Shown: in pieces, positions 14,795 to 25,120 of the stretch
Layout: each line of letters starts with the position of its first letter
How positions within the stretch are numbered: the first letter of the stretch is position 1
Source: a virus
Taxonomy: Duplodnaviria; Caudoviricetes
Strand: one strand, 5' to 3'
Virus record (IMG/VR): IMGVR_UViG_3300024297_000001
Length of the DNA: 64,000 nt
Notes under the pieces: generated by a model
What the model saw: the letters and a program-made list of their open reading frames with translations, nothing else
Told to the model about the DNA's origin: nothing
Database searches by the model: none
Made by a program: the position numbers and the translations under genes

Positions 14795-15688
14795 CTACCT
14801 TGGTGCTTTGGCTTTGACTGTTGGTGGAACAAAAGATTTCTTAGATGCTTTTTCGGCTTCTTGCTTTGCCATAAGTTTTCTTTGGTCTTCAACTTGTCTC
14901 TCCCATTCGCCCTGTTGCTGTCTTGTAAAGGACGGAGTCATATCATTCATTTCTAAAATATCATCTCTAATATTTTGATTGCGTTTTTCGATATTAATAA
15001 CTCTAACAAATGAATTAGTTACTGCCGCAGTATAATATGCAAACGGATTTTGTGATTTACTTTCATCAAACTGCAATCCAATCTGTGTTAATTGTAAGAT
15101 TGCTTGTCCACGCATTTCATCATTATAAGTGTAACCACGTACATTACCACGTGTTGCATATCTATCACATAACTTCATCCACATACGAGCAAGTTTTTCT
15201 GTAGTCTTGCCATGCTTCAAACTAAAGTTACCGTTAGACATACCGCCTTCCCAATGTGATTTACCTACAACTTGTAGTTCATCATTTTCATCAAACTTGT
15301 AATGTTGGAATGGTGGAAAGTTTAATTTAACTCTTGTGTCTGCTACTGTCTTTGGATTCTTTTTACGACCCTTTTCTTCTGGAATATGATCAAATGTCAT
15401 AATACGGAAGATTAGTTCTTCTTTTGTAATTTTTCTGTAATCAATAGCACATTCGGCTTGTTTTACTTTTTCACCGTTTGCCTTACGTGCTTCATAGTCT
15501 GCTGTACCTAATTTTTTTGCTTTGTTCCTTTTTGCTTCTGCTATAGTTCTTACGTTAATTTTGTCAATACTTGGTAGAATAATATCAAAGTCAGCATACG
15601 TGTCGTCTGTATAACTACAATACGTGCTTTTTGACTTATGTATTTCCTTTAACAAGTCCTTATTGTTTAAATAATTTACTTTTTTCAA
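14795..15688 (-). CDS. gp55: Late transcription sigma factor (T4 gp55-like)
   Basis: NYLNNKDLL at the N-terminus; RGYTYNDEMRGQAILQL...FDESKSQNPFAYYT...SFVRVINIEKR match the gp55 core; next to gp47/gp46 as in T4; TTG start with AGGAG SD. Confidence 0.85.
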   Translation of the reverse strand: MKKVNYLNNKDLLKEIHKSKSTYCSYTDDTYADFDIILPSIDKINVRTIAEAKRNKAKKLGTADYEARKANGEKVKQAECAIDYRKITKEELIFRIMTFDHIPEEKGRKKNPKTVADTRVKLNFPPFQHYKFDENDELQVVGKSHWEGGMSNGNFSLKHGKTTEKLARMWMKLCDRYATRGNVRGYTYNDEMRGQAILQLTQIGLQFDESKSQNPFAYYTAAVTNSFVRVINIEKRNQNIRDDILEMNDMTPSFTRQQQGEWERQVEDQRKLMAKQEAEKASKKSFVPPTVKAKAPR

Positions 15689-15711
15689 TGAATTCTCCTA
15701 TTTGAACTCTT

Positions 15712-15740
15712 ATTATAAACTACTCTGATAAAAAAGTCAA
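15712..15740 (-). promoter_or_regulatory. sigma70-type promoter TTGACT-N17-TATAAT for gp55
   Basis: -35 at 15740-15735, -10 at 15717-15712, 17-nt spacer. Confidence 0.85.
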
Positions 15741-15746
15741 TAAATA
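15741..15746 (+). promoter_or_regulatory. Late promoter TAAATA for the baseplate operon
   Basis: TAAATA directly abuts the opposite-strand -35 box; AGGA SD then ATG 15773. Confidence 0.6.
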
Positions 15747-15772
15747 CTTTATAGTTAGGACACCAAAATAAT

Positions 15773-16618
15773 ATGAGCGTTGATAATAAGAAAGATGGAA
15801 ATATAGTCAATACAGCCGTGAACTTGGCTCGTGACAGTGTACAAAGTTTTAAAGACTCTGCTGAAGGGTTTATGAAAGGTATACGTTCACGAACAATTCC
15901 AGTTGATGGGGAAGCCGATGACCAAATATCGGTTAGTAGTGCTAAATGGGCGACAGACCCAAATGGTAAAGATTGGCGTGTAAAATTAAGTATTCCTAAC
16001 ATTCCTTCTTTTCAAAAAAGTTCACTGCTTAAACCGTTAGTTGACACAGGCGGTCTTGCGTTTCCATATACACCAACAATTATTATGAGTCATGCCGCAT
16101 CTTATAGTGCTATAACCCCTGTACATAGTAATTATCCGTTCTTTGCGTACCAGAACTCACAAGTGGACGCAATGACACTAACAGGTCAGTTTTATGCTCA
16201 AAACTCTACAGAAGGTATGTATTGGCTTGGTGCATTACATTATTTGAGATCAATTACAAAAATGTTTTACGGTGAAGGTTCTAATCAAGGTGCTCCACCT
16301 CCAGTAGTAAAATTAAATGGTTATGGAGATTATGTATTCAAAGATGTTCCTGTGATCGTAACAAACTTTACACTTGATATGCCTACTGATGTTGACTACA
16401 TTGCAGTTGATATGGCAGACCTTGGAGAAAAATATGAAGACGACGAAGCCGAAGAGCAGTATTCTACAACAGACGGTGAAAAATCATATGTTCCAACAGA
16501 GAGTCAGATGACGGTAACCATACAACCAATCTACTCAAGAGCACTTGTTGAGAAATTTAGTTTAGACAAATTTGCTAAAGGCGGATACCTTGGCTCAAAC
16601 AATAAAGGATTTATCTAA
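15773..16618 (+). CDS. Baseplate tail-tube initiator/cap (gp48/gp54 or P2 gpU-like)
   Basis: FPYTPTI, YQNSQVDAMTLTGQF, GAPPPVVKLNGYG.YVFKDVPVIVTNF.LDMP.DVDY motif typical of tube initiators; precedes the LysM, hub and spike genes. Confidence 0.65.
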   Translation: MSVDNKKDGNIVNTAVNLARDSVQSFKDSAEGFMKGIRSRTIPVDGEADDQISVSSAKWATDPNGKDWRVKLSIPNIPSFQKSSLLKPLVDTGGLAFPYTPTIIMSHAASYSAITPVHSNYPFFAYQNSQVDAMTLTGQFYAQNSTEGMYWLGALHYLRSITKMFYGEGSNQGAPPPVVKLNGYGDYVFKDVPVIVTNFTLDMPTDVDYIAVDMADLGEKYEDDEAEEQYSTTDGEKSYVPTESQMTVTIQPIYSRALVEKFSLDKFAKGGYLGSNNKGFI

Positions 16619-16917
16619 TGGCAGTTACAAGTTCACCTTGGGGTAAAACAGGAATTAATAGAAGTGGAAAATATTTAAACATTCTAAATATTAGACCAGT
16701 GCCAGCAGATCCAGATGATGTGGTGTATGAAATACAATCACAGTATCATCAACGTCCGGACTTACTTGCATATGACATGTATGGTAATCCAAAGTTGTGG
16801 TGGGTTTATGCACAACGTAACATGGACATTCTAAAAGATCCAGTATTTGATTTTAGAGTTGGTACTGAGATACGTGTTCCAAAGGGTAGTAGATTACGAA
16901 CGTTGTTAGGGATTTAA
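16618..16917 (+). CDS. LysM-like baseplate wedge protein (gp53/P2 gpX-like)
   Basis: YHQRPDLLAYDMYGNPKLWWVYAQRN...DPVFDF..G..IRVP. Confidence 0.8.
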   Translation: MAVTSSPWGKTGINRSGKYLNILNIRPVPADPDDVVYEIQSQYHQRPDLLAYDMYGNPKLWWVYAQRNMDILKDPVFDFRVGTEIRVPKGSRLRTLLGI

Positions 16918-16920
16918 TCC

Positions 16921-19551
16921 ATGGCTAAACCAACAGCACCTCCAGGTAAAGACGCAACCGCGTTAATGAAGGAATACACAGCAGAGAACAAAGACGAACT
17001 CAATGCCAATGCGGCAGGTTCATCTGAGAATGAAGGCACGGAAGTAATTCAAGATACAAATGTTGATACCAATGCTTCATCAACTGACACCACTAAAGAT
17101 AAAGAAAAAGAAAATACTGCAACATCTAATCCCGACAATGATGCAATGAATAACAGGGCGAAGTATGCCACAGCAGACAAATACACTGCAAGAACAGCGG
17201 ATGGTAGAACTTTACAATTACCATTGCACAATTCATTAAGAAACTATTCAAGTTTTAATTACAAGATTGGTTTGTATGCATTAACCAATGACGAACTTAA
17301 TAATCCTGATGAATCATACAAAATTAAAAAACCTCAATTTGCTATTTTACAAAGTGGCGGTGGATTAGGCGCCAAAAAAGTTTTAACAGCATATGAAACT
17401 GCAAACAAAAAAGCAGAATACTTTATTAATGCATTAGAGATCGAAACAGTTATTGCACCTACACGTAAAAAAGGTTCAACTAATGCTGTAGGTTTTAGAC
17501 TTGAAATTACAGAACCTTACAGCATGGGATTGTTTTTACAAACATTGCAAATGGCGTCATACCAAGCAGGACATGAAAACTATTTAGAATCTCCGTTCTT
17601 GCTTACTATTGATTTTATAGGATACGACGATAACGGAAAAGTTTATGTGGTTCCTGAAGCATCTAAAAATATGCCATTTAAACTTGTTGGTAGTGATTTA
17701 AGTGTAACAGCAGGAGGAAGTTCTTATGTTGTTGAAGGTGTTGCATATAACGAAGGTGCATTAATGGATGAAACACAGCGTATTCCAGTTGATGTTACAC
17801 TAATGGGTAGAACGTTAGAAGAAATGTTACAAAGTAACATAAAAAGTTTATCCAATGAACTTAACAAACACGAAGGTAAAAAAGCACAAGACAAACAAGT
17901 TTATACAGCAGATCAATATTTTGTAGTATTTCCAAAAGAACGTGCAAGTAAAGGAAAATTAAGCAGTAGCGGCGCCGCTGGCCAAAGTGCCACTGATGCA
18001 GGTAACGACTCAGAATCAATAGGTGTAACAACAACTTCAAAAGGAAAAACTGCGGCACAAGAAGCAAGTCTTGACGAACTATATGCACAGGTTGCCGCGA
18101 TGGGTGATGTCAACGTAGATGAAGCGGTATTTGAAGCATGGGTTGAGCAAGTTAAAAGTTTAATTACACAAACAGCACTTGGCGAAGAAATCAAAGCAAA
18201 GCAAACAGGCGAAAGTAATAGTAATGTAATAGGACTTTCGAAAATGTTTGCTCTTGAAAAACTTGGTACAAACAATCAACCGTTTGGTGATGCGTCATTT
18301 ACATATGACAAGGATAAAAAAGTTTGGCACAGAGCAAACGGACAATTACAAATTGATCCAGGACTTGGTGCAATTAAATTTATTCAAGGAACAAGGATAC
18401 AGGATATTATTGAAGAACTTGTAATCCTAAGCGAATACGGTAGAAACATTATTAGTGCACCAGCAGAAAAAGGTATGCGTCCTTGGTTTAAAATTGATAC
18501 ACAAGTTTTTAATATCACAGATAGAAAAACAGAAAAGAAATTAGGTAGACCTCCAAGAATTTATGTGTTTAGAATTTTACCATACATGGTACACGAAAGT
18601 AAATTTATTGCACCAGACGAAACACCATACGGTCTAAGAGAACTTAAAAAACAATGTGTAAAACGTTACAATTACATTTACAGTGGCGCAAACGAAGATA
18701 TATTAGATCTTGAAATTAATCTTGATAACACATTCTTTAAAAGCATGAGTCCAGGTACACTGCCAAAGAATAACTTGGCAGACGGTTCTAAAGAAGGAGA
18801 AGATCCAAAACAAAAAATTAAAGCAACAGCAGTAAACAATGATTCGCAGGTTAGCAACAAAGCAGGAATAGTACAAAAGAACAATGCCAAAGCCGCAGGT
18901 GCGGTTAGTCTTGATGACATGCAGGTTGAAATTGCACGTAGATTTAATGAAGCAATCGTAAACAGTGATGCTGACTTGCTAACACTTGACATGACAATCA
19001 TGGGCGATCCTTATTATATTGCTGACAGTGGTGTAGGTAACTATAACTCAGAGAACACACAATATATTAACATTGATGCAGACGGCACGATAGATTACCA
19101 ATACGGTGAAGTGGATGTTGAAGTATTATTTAGAACACCAATAGATTATAGAGAAAACGGTATCATGGGATTCCCTAATGATACTGTGCCAGTTGATTTC
19201 TTTAGCGGATTATATATGGTAATTACTGTTAAGAACGAGTTTGCTTCAGGGGAATTTAAACAAACACTTGAACTTGTAAGACGTCCGCAACAGTCACCTA
19301 AGCCAACAGCACAGGCAGGTGAAAAAGGCAACCAAGAAATTGTTGATGAGAAAGCAGACGTAAACAAACAGGATGATGTAAAAAATTCTGGTATAGGCGG
19401 CGAGGACGACGCGGCGGCGAACCAGGCGGCATTTGAAAAGAATATTGCAGATGCAGAAGCCGCAGACGCCGCAGAAGCAAAAGCAAAAAATCAAAAAGAC
19501 GTTAATAACAGATTAGCGGCTCGTAACCAAGGTGCAAACATAGGATTTTAA
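16921..19551 (+). CDS. Baseplate hub protein (gp27/late-control-D-like)
   Basis: 876 aa between LysM and spike genes; C-terminal LDMTIMGDPYY...FSGLYMVITVKNEFASGEFKQTLELVR is typical of hub proteins. Confidence 0.65.
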   Translation: MAKPTAPPGKDATALMKEYTAENKDELNANAAGSSENEGTEVIQDTNVDTNASSTDTTKDKEKENTATSNPDNDAMNNRAKYATADKYTARTADGRTLQLPLHNSLRNYSSFNYKIGLYALTNDELNNPDESYKIKKPQFAILQSGGGLGAKKVLTAYETANKKAEYFINALEIETVIAPTRKKGSTNAVGFRLEITEPYSMGLFLQTLQMASYQAGHENYLESPFLLTIDFIGYDDNGKVYVVPEASKNMPFKLVGSDLSVTAGGSSYVVEGVAYNEGALMDETQRIPVDVTLMGRTLEEMLQSNIKSLSNELNKHEGKKAQDKQVYTADQYFVVFPKERASKGKLSSSGAAGQSATDAGNDSESIGVTTTSKGKTAAQEASLDELYAQVAAMGDVNVDEAVFEAWVEQVKSLITQTALGEEIKAKQTGESNSNVIGLSKMFALEKLGTNNQPFGDASFTYDKDKKVWHRANGQLQIDPGLGAIKFIQGTRIQDIIEELVILSEYGRNIISAPAEKGMRPWFKIDTQVFNITDRKTEKKLGRPPRIYVFRILPYMVHESKFIAPDETPYGLRELKKQCVKRYNYIYSGANEDILDLEINLDNTFFKSMSPGTLPKNNLADGSKEGEDPKQKIKATAVNNDSQVSNKAGIVQKNNAKAAGAVSLDDMQVEIARRFNEAIVNSDADLLTLDMTIMGDPYYIADSGVGNYNSENTQYINIDADGTIDYQYGEVDVEVLFRTPIDYRENGIMGFPNDTVPVDFFSGLYMVITVKNEFASGEFKQTLELVRRPQQSPKPTAQAGEKGNQEIVDEKADVNKQDDVKNSGIGGEDDAAANQAAFEKNIADAEAADAAEAKAKNQKDVNNRLAARNQGANIGF

Positions 19552-21081
19552 ATGGCTAACGAAAAAAGAACGGTAGGACAAGAAGCATTAATGGACGCAG
19601 GTCCATACGTTGGACGTGTGGTTGGCCATCTTGATCCAAACTATATGGGTGCATTGGAAGTACAACTGCTCAAAGGCACAACAGGTAACAATGACGACAG
19701 TGAAGGTCAAACGTTCAAGGTAAGTTATGCAAGTCCATTCTGGGGACAAACACCAGTTAATGGTATCAGTGCAAACACAGACTTTGCATACACACAATCC
19801 GCTTATGGTATGTGGATGACACCGCCGGACGTTGGCAGTAGAGTAATTGTTGTGTTTGCGGAAGGCGCGGCCAACATGGGTTTCTGGATTGGTTGTATAC
19901 CTGACAACTATGTTAACCTAAACGTACCAGACAAGGTTGCATCAACTTTCTTTACAGGTAGTCCCAAAGGCGAAGGTGCCAAGGAAGCCAAGAAGCGTAC
20001 TGGTAAGGTTGTTGTTGGAGAAATTAACAAAAAGAATCTCGCAGACAACAAAGGTAACGACCCTACAAAATTTAAAAAGCCTATCAATGAAGAATGGATG
20101 GACTTACTGCACAAAGCAGGACTTGCCTCAGATGGCACAAGAGCATTAACAACAAGCAGTGCAAGGCGTGAACTGCCAAGCATGGTGTTTGGTATAAACA
20201 CACCTGGACCTTATGACAAGCGTCCTGGTAGTCCTAAAGCAGGATACGGACCGGGCGGTACAGCGGCACAGGTTCCTTTCAATAGACTTGGCGGCACTGT
20301 GTTTGTAATGGACGACGGAGATGACAAGATTTTACGTAAAGGTCCGGCGTCAACTACAAAGAAAGAATATGTCAATGTTGAAAAGGGTGAAAAGGGTGGA
20401 GATGTAACGCTACCACACAACGAACTTATGCGTATCAGAACACGCACAGGACATCAAATATTATTCCATAACACGGAAGACTTGGTACGTATAGATCATG
20501 GCAGTGGTAACAGTTGGATAGAAATGACTGCTAATGGTAAAATTGATGTGTATTCAAAAGACAGTATTAGTATGCACACTGAAAACGATTTCAATCTGAC
20601 AGCGGATAGAGACATTAACCTAAACGCAGGACGCAACTTTAACGTGTTATCAAAAGAAGACATACAAGTTGAAACTAATGCAAACATGACAACATACGTT
20701 GCAATGAACAATCAAGTTACAACACTGTTAGATTATGATGTAAACACAACTGGAGCAAACAAGTTTACAGCAGGAGGCACAACGGACATCAACTCAGGAG
20801 GCAACCATACAGAAACTGCTCCACAGATCCATATGAATGGACCGCAGGCGGCCACCGCTACCGCAGTAACTCCGTTATACACACACGTCTTGCCCGGCGC
20901 TACCGCTACCGCTACAACTTCGTTGCATCGACGCTTGCCACAGCATGAGCCGTGGTCACATCACGAAAACGTTGACCCTGAAGTGTATACACCAATTAAA
21001 ACTGATAGGAACCTTGAATTAATAATGACGTCAGCATTTGATTATGATAATGCTCCAGATACGTTCAAGAAAGGTGTATAA
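19552..21081 (+). CDS. Central spike protein (gp5/VgrG-like)
   Basis: OB-fold GPYVGRVVGHLDPNYMG.LEV, SPFWG, PPDVGSRVIVVF; beta-helix repeats after RTRTGHQILF; C-terminal PQHEPWSHHE. Confidence 0.8.
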   Translation: MANEKRTVGQEALMDAGPYVGRVVGHLDPNYMGALEVQLLKGTTGNNDDSEGQTFKVSYASPFWGQTPVNGISANTDFAYTQSAYGMWMTPPDVGSRVIVVFAEGAANMGFWIGCIPDNYVNLNVPDKVASTFFTGSPKGEGAKEAKKRTGKVVVGEINKKNLADNKGNDPTKFKKPINEEWMDLLHKAGLASDGTRALTTSSARRELPSMVFGINTPGPYDKRPGSPKAGYGPGGTAAQVPFNRLGGTVFVMDDGDDKILRKGPASTTKKEYVNVEKGEKGGDVTLPHNELMRIRTRTGHQILFHNTEDLVRIDHGSGNSWIEMTANGKIDVYSKDSISMHTENDFNLTADRDINLNAGRNFNVLSKEDIQVETNANMTTYVAMNNQVTTLLDYDVNTTGANKFTAGGTTDINSGGNHTETAPQIHMNGPQAATATAVTPLYTHVLPGATATATTSLHRRLPQHEPWSHHENVDPEVYTPIKTDRNLELIMTSAFDYDNAPDTFKKGV

Positions 21082-21084
21082 ATA
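21077..21084 (+). promoter_or_regulatory. Late promoter TATAAATA, 5 nt before ATG (21090)
   Basis: TATAAATA-TTGAT-ATG; overlaps the spike stop codon. Confidence 0.7.
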
Positions 21085-21089
21085 TTGAT

Positions 21090-21536
21090 ATGAGCAGTTT
21101 AGAAAAAAATACAGTAAGAAATGTTAAAGTATCATCAAACGTCAAAGAAAGACCTCCTGTAAAAAGCAGAGCATACAAAGGTCTTAGCACAGTCAATTCT
21201 GACAATACTTCTTATGCATTGTATGACATTGGCTTGATTAAACAAGATTTACTGAATCACTTTCATATTAGACAAGGCGAAAAACTTGAAAATCCTGAGT
21301 TTGGGACTATCATTTGGGACGTTTTGTTTGAGCCTATGACTGATTCATTAAAAGAAGCAATTATAAACAATGTAACAGAGATTGTAAACGGTGATCCAAG
21401 AGTAACTGCATCCGCAATAGTTGTTGACCAGTATGAAAGTGGTATTCAAATTGAGTGCGAACTTACGTACTTGCCATACAACATATCTGAGAAACTGAAG
21501 TTTGAATTCGATCAGAACTCAGGCTTTGGCGTGTAA
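21090..21536 (+). CDS. gp25: Baseplate wedge/sheath initiator (gp25-like)
   Basis: IKQDLLNHFHIRQGEKLENPEFGTIIWDVLFEP...DPRV. Confidence 0.9.
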   Translation: MSSLEKNTVRNVKVSSNVKERPPVKSRAYKGLSTVNSDNTSYALYDIGLIKQDLLNHFHIRQGEKLENPEFGTIIWDVLFEPMTDSLKEAIINNVTEIVNGDPRVTASAIVVDQYESGIQIECELTYLPYNISEKLKFEFDQNSGFGV

Positions 21537-21563
21537 CAGAATTAAGTACTCAGATATCTCGTT

Positions 21564-21573
21564 TAAATAAATA
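21564..21573 (+). promoter_or_regulatory. Tandem TAAATA late promoter upstream of gp6
   Basis: TAAATAAATA in a 56-bp gap, GAGG SD, ATG 21593. Confidence 0.55.
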
Positions 21574-21592
21574 CATTGTAAGAGGAAAATAG

Positions 21593-24500
21593 ATGTCAAC
21601 AACGGATAGACAAAATAGATTATTACTTGCTGAAGATTGGAAGCGAGTATATCAAACATTTAAAACTGCGGACTTCAAATCGTATGATTTTGATAGTTTA
21701 CGTAGAACTATGATCTCATATTTGCGTGAGAACTATCCTGAAGACTTTAACGATTACATTGAAAGTTCAGAGTATCTTGCACTAATTGATCTTATTGCAT
21801 ATCTTGGACAAAACATGGCATTCCGTGTTGACCTAAATGCACGTGAAAACTTCCTTGAATTAGCAGAACGTAGAGAAAGCGTATTACGTTTAGCACGTTT
21901 ACTTTCTTATAATCCAAAGCGTAATCAAGCGGCAAACGGATTATTAAAATTTGAAAGTGTGCAAACTACAGAACAAATTAATGACACTAACGGTGTTAAC
22001 TTATCAGGACAAACTATTTTATGGAATGATCCTTCAAATCCTGATTGGGCAGAACAGTTTAGAAAAATTTTAAATGCGGCTTTACCAGAAGCCAGTATTG
22101 TAGGTAAGCCGGTAAAGAAAGAAACTATTGCAGGTATTACAACTGAGCAATATCGTTTCAATGCATCAAACTCAAACTTACCTATCTACAGTTTTAATAA
22201 AAACGTAGGAGAAAAAAATATTGTATTTGAAATAACAAGTGCAACTATTGATGCTGACAAGATTTTTGAAGAAGATCCGTTACCAGGAAATAGTTTAGGA
22301 TTTTTATACAGAGAAGATGGTAAAGGTGCAGGTAGTTCAAACTCAGGTTACTTTGTACACTTTAGACAAGGTGTAATGGACACAGGTAATTTTAGCATTG
22401 ACAATCCTACAACTAATCAAGCAGTTGCTATTGACACAACAAATATTAACAACTCAGATGTTTGGCTTTACAGATTAGACAGCAACGGAAACGAACAACA
22501 GTTATGGACTAAGGTTGATGCAGTTGAAGGTAACAATGTTATCTACAATAGTGTTAGCAAATCAAACAGAAGTTTGTATGCTGTACAATCACGTATTGAT
22601 GACAGAATTAGTTTATTATTTGCAGACGGAACATTTGGTGATTTACCTAAAGGAAACTTTAGATGTTACTTTAGAAAAGGACTTGGTACAAAGTTTACAA
22701 TCAATCCTGAAGATTTAACAAACGTAACTATTAGTGTACCATATACAAGTAGAGCAGGAACAGCAGAAACATTTACATTTGTTGCTTCACTAAAATACAC
22801 AGTTGATAATGCAAGTGGTCCTGAAACTAATAAGAGCATTAAAGAAAATGCTCCAAGTACATATTATACACAAAACAGAATGATTACTGGTGAGGACTAT
22901 AATGTTGCACCAAGATCAGTTAGCCAAGAAGTAGTTAAAGTAAAAAGTATTAATAGAACAAGTTCAGGTATTTCAAGATACTTTGACTTGATTGATTCAA
23001 CAGGAAAATATTCAAGCACAAACATCTTTGGTAACGATGGCGCTATCTATAAAGATGTATTTGATAAAAAAGTTAGTTTTAGTTTTACTACAAAAACAGA
23101 TGTAGAAGGCAAGATTCAAAATATAGTTACACCGTTACTTTCAGACAGTGTAGTTAAAAACTTTTTCTTAAATCAGTTTCCTAAAATATCAACAGCAGAT
23201 TTACAAGCAGACTGGACACAGGTTGCAAAACAAACTAATAACTCCAGCGGTTATATTGCGGACACATTAGATATTAAATTAACAGTAGGTGCATTTACTG
23301 GTAGCACACTAAAATATTTAGAACCAGGTGCTATTGTTAAATTTGTTGCACCTCCAGGCAAACATTTTATGAAAGATAACAGTCATGCGTTAATGGACGG
23401 TGATGCTGATCATCCATCAGCAACAAAATATCTTTGGACTAAAGTTATTAGAGTAAATGAAAAAGGCACTGAAAATTATGAGGACGGACAAGGTCCTATT
23501 ATCTTTAATGATGTTGTTCCAACAGGTGCATTATTAGATGAAATTAAACCTAAGTTTGCAACAAACTTAACAACAGATGTTACAACGCAAATGATTGATC
23601 AAATTTTTGCTTATAAAACATTTGGTTTACGTTACAGTACTGTAGATAGAGAATGGCGTGTAATTCTTAATAACAATTTAAGTATTGGTAATCCATTTAA
23701 TATGGGTAAGACAGGTGACGTATCAGGACAGAACTTAGATTCAAGTTGGTTAATGTTATTTGAAACAGACGGTGAAAAGTATACTATTACTTACAGAGGT
23801 GTTAGATACATTTTTGAAAGTAACCAAGAAGTTAAGTTTTACTTTGATGAAACAGATAAAATTTACGATAGTAGAACAGGACAAATTGTTAGAGATAAAA
23901 TTAACATAATGTCAATCAATAAGAAACCAGATTCAAGTTTACCTGAAACTGTTGATTATCCTTGGCAAGTTACTAAAGAGTTTAGAGATGACGAAGGATA
24001 TGTTAATAGTAAAAAAGTAGAAGTAGGTTTCTTTGACAGCGATGGCGATGGTGTTGTTGATAATCCAGACTTGTTTGATGCGTTTGTTGCACAGGATACA
24101 AATCCTTTAACAAAATATATTTTCTTAAAAGAAAGAATTTCAAACAACCAATCTACAAACTATGATTATGTAGATGCCGGCGTAGAAAATATTAGAACGT
24201 TTTTATCAGAAACATCAACAGGTGCATTATCACAATATGACGATGGTACATTATTTTACTTTACAGATGCAGATGTGTTTAAAGTATATAATAAAGCAAA
24301 TGCAAACTTAACATTAAAAACAGGTTACAAAGCATATCAAGGTAGAGATAAACTTGTGTTCCAATATGTACACAGTGCAGATGAGAATAACAGATTAGAT
24401 CCAAGTAGTTCAAACATTGTTGACACATACTTGTTAACTAAAACGTATGACAAATCATTTAGACAATACTTGGCAGATACAATACCTAATAAACCTTTAC

Positions 24501-25120
24501 CACCAAGTTCAGACGAATTATTCCAGAACTTTGGTGCAGAAATTAATAAGATTAAATCAATTAGTGATGAAGTAATTTATCACCCAGTTAATTACAAAAT
24601 TTTATTTGGTAATAAAGCAGACCCAGATCTACAAGCAACATTTAAAGTTGTTAAGAATCCAGAAGTAATTAGTAATGATAATGATATTAAGTTAAGAATT
24701 ATCCAAGCAATTAATGAATTCTTTAGTTTAGAGTTTTGGGATTTTGGAGATAAGTTTAGTTTTACAGAACTGTCTACATATATTATTAATTCTTTGGCGC
24801 CGGATATTACAACACTTGTATTGGTTCCGAACCAAACAGAAAAAGCATTTGGAAGTTTATATGAAATTTCAACTGAGAATGATGAAATTTTTATTAGTGG
24901 TGCAACAGTAGATGATGTTGAAATTATTGACAGCATTACAGCATCAAGATTAAAAACATCAGGTACTGTAGTAACTACAGCATCAACAGAAAACGCAGGG
25001 ATTACATCAAGTGCAAATACAGTTTCAACAACAACTACAACTTCAACATCAACAAGTTCGAGTTCATCGAGTTCAAGTTCTTCAGGTAACTCAGGTTCAG
25101 GCAATAGCGGAGGTTACTAA
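21593..25120 (+). CDS. gp6: Baseplate wedge subunit (gp6/baseplate J-like)
   Basis: DFDSLR..MISYLRENYPEDFNDYIESSE.LALIDLIAY...ENFLELAERRESVLRLARLLSYNPKR; later QNRMITGEDY. Confidence 0.9.
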   Translation: MSTTDRQNRLLLAEDWKRVYQTFKTADFKSYDFDSLRRTMISYLRENYPEDFNDYIESSEYLALIDLIAYLGQNMAFRVDLNARENFLELAERRESVLRLARLLSYNPKRNQAANGLLKFESVQTTEQINDTNGVNLSGQTILWNDPSNPDWAEQFRKILNAALPEASIVGKPVKKETIAGITTEQYRFNASNSNLPIYSFNKNVGEKNIVFEITSATIDADKIFEEDPLPGNSLGFLYREDGKGAGSSNSGYFVHFRQGVMDTGNFSIDNPTTNQAVAIDTTNINNSDVWLYRLDSNGNEQQLWTKVDAVEGNNVIYNSVSKSNRSLYAVQSRIDDRISLLFADGTFGDLPKGNFRCYFRKGLGTKFTINPEDLTNVTISVPYTSRAGTAETFTFVASLKYTVDNASGPETNKSIKENAPSTYYTQNRMITGEDYNVAPRSVSQEVVKVKSINRTSSGISRYFDLIDSTGKYSSTNIFGNDGAIYKDVFDKKVSFSFTTKTDVEGKIQNIVTPLLSDSVVKNFFLNQFPKISTADLQADWTQVAKQTNNSSGYIADTLDIKLTVGAFTGSTLKYLEPGAIVKFVAPPGKHFMKDNSHALMDGDADHPSATKYLWTKVIRVNEKGTENYEDGQGPIIFNDVVPTGALLDEIKPKFATNLTTDVTTQMIDQIFAYKTFGLRYSTVDREWRVILNNNLSIGNPFNMGKTGDVSGQNLDSSWLMLFETDGEKYTITYRGVRYIFESNQEVKFYFDETDKIYDSRTGQIVRDKINIMSINKKPDSSLPETVDYPWQVTKEFRDDEGYVNSKKVEVGFFDSDGDGVVDNPDLFDAFVAQDTNPLTKYIFLKERISNNQSTNYDYVDAGVENIRTFLSETSTGALSQYDDGTLFYFTDADVFKVYNKANANLTLKTGYKAYQGRDKLVFQYVHSADENNRLDPSSSNIVDTYLLTKTYDKSFRQYLADTIPNKPLPPSSDELFQNFGAEINKIKSISDEVIYHPVNYKILFGNKADPDLQATFKVVKNPEVISNDNDIKLRIIQAINEFFSLEFWDFGDKFSFTELSTYIINSLAPDITTLVLVPNQTEKAFGSLYEISTENDEIFISGATVDDVEIIDSITASRLKTSGTVVTTASTENAGITSSANTVSTTTTTSTSTSSSSSSSSSSGNSGSGNSGGY

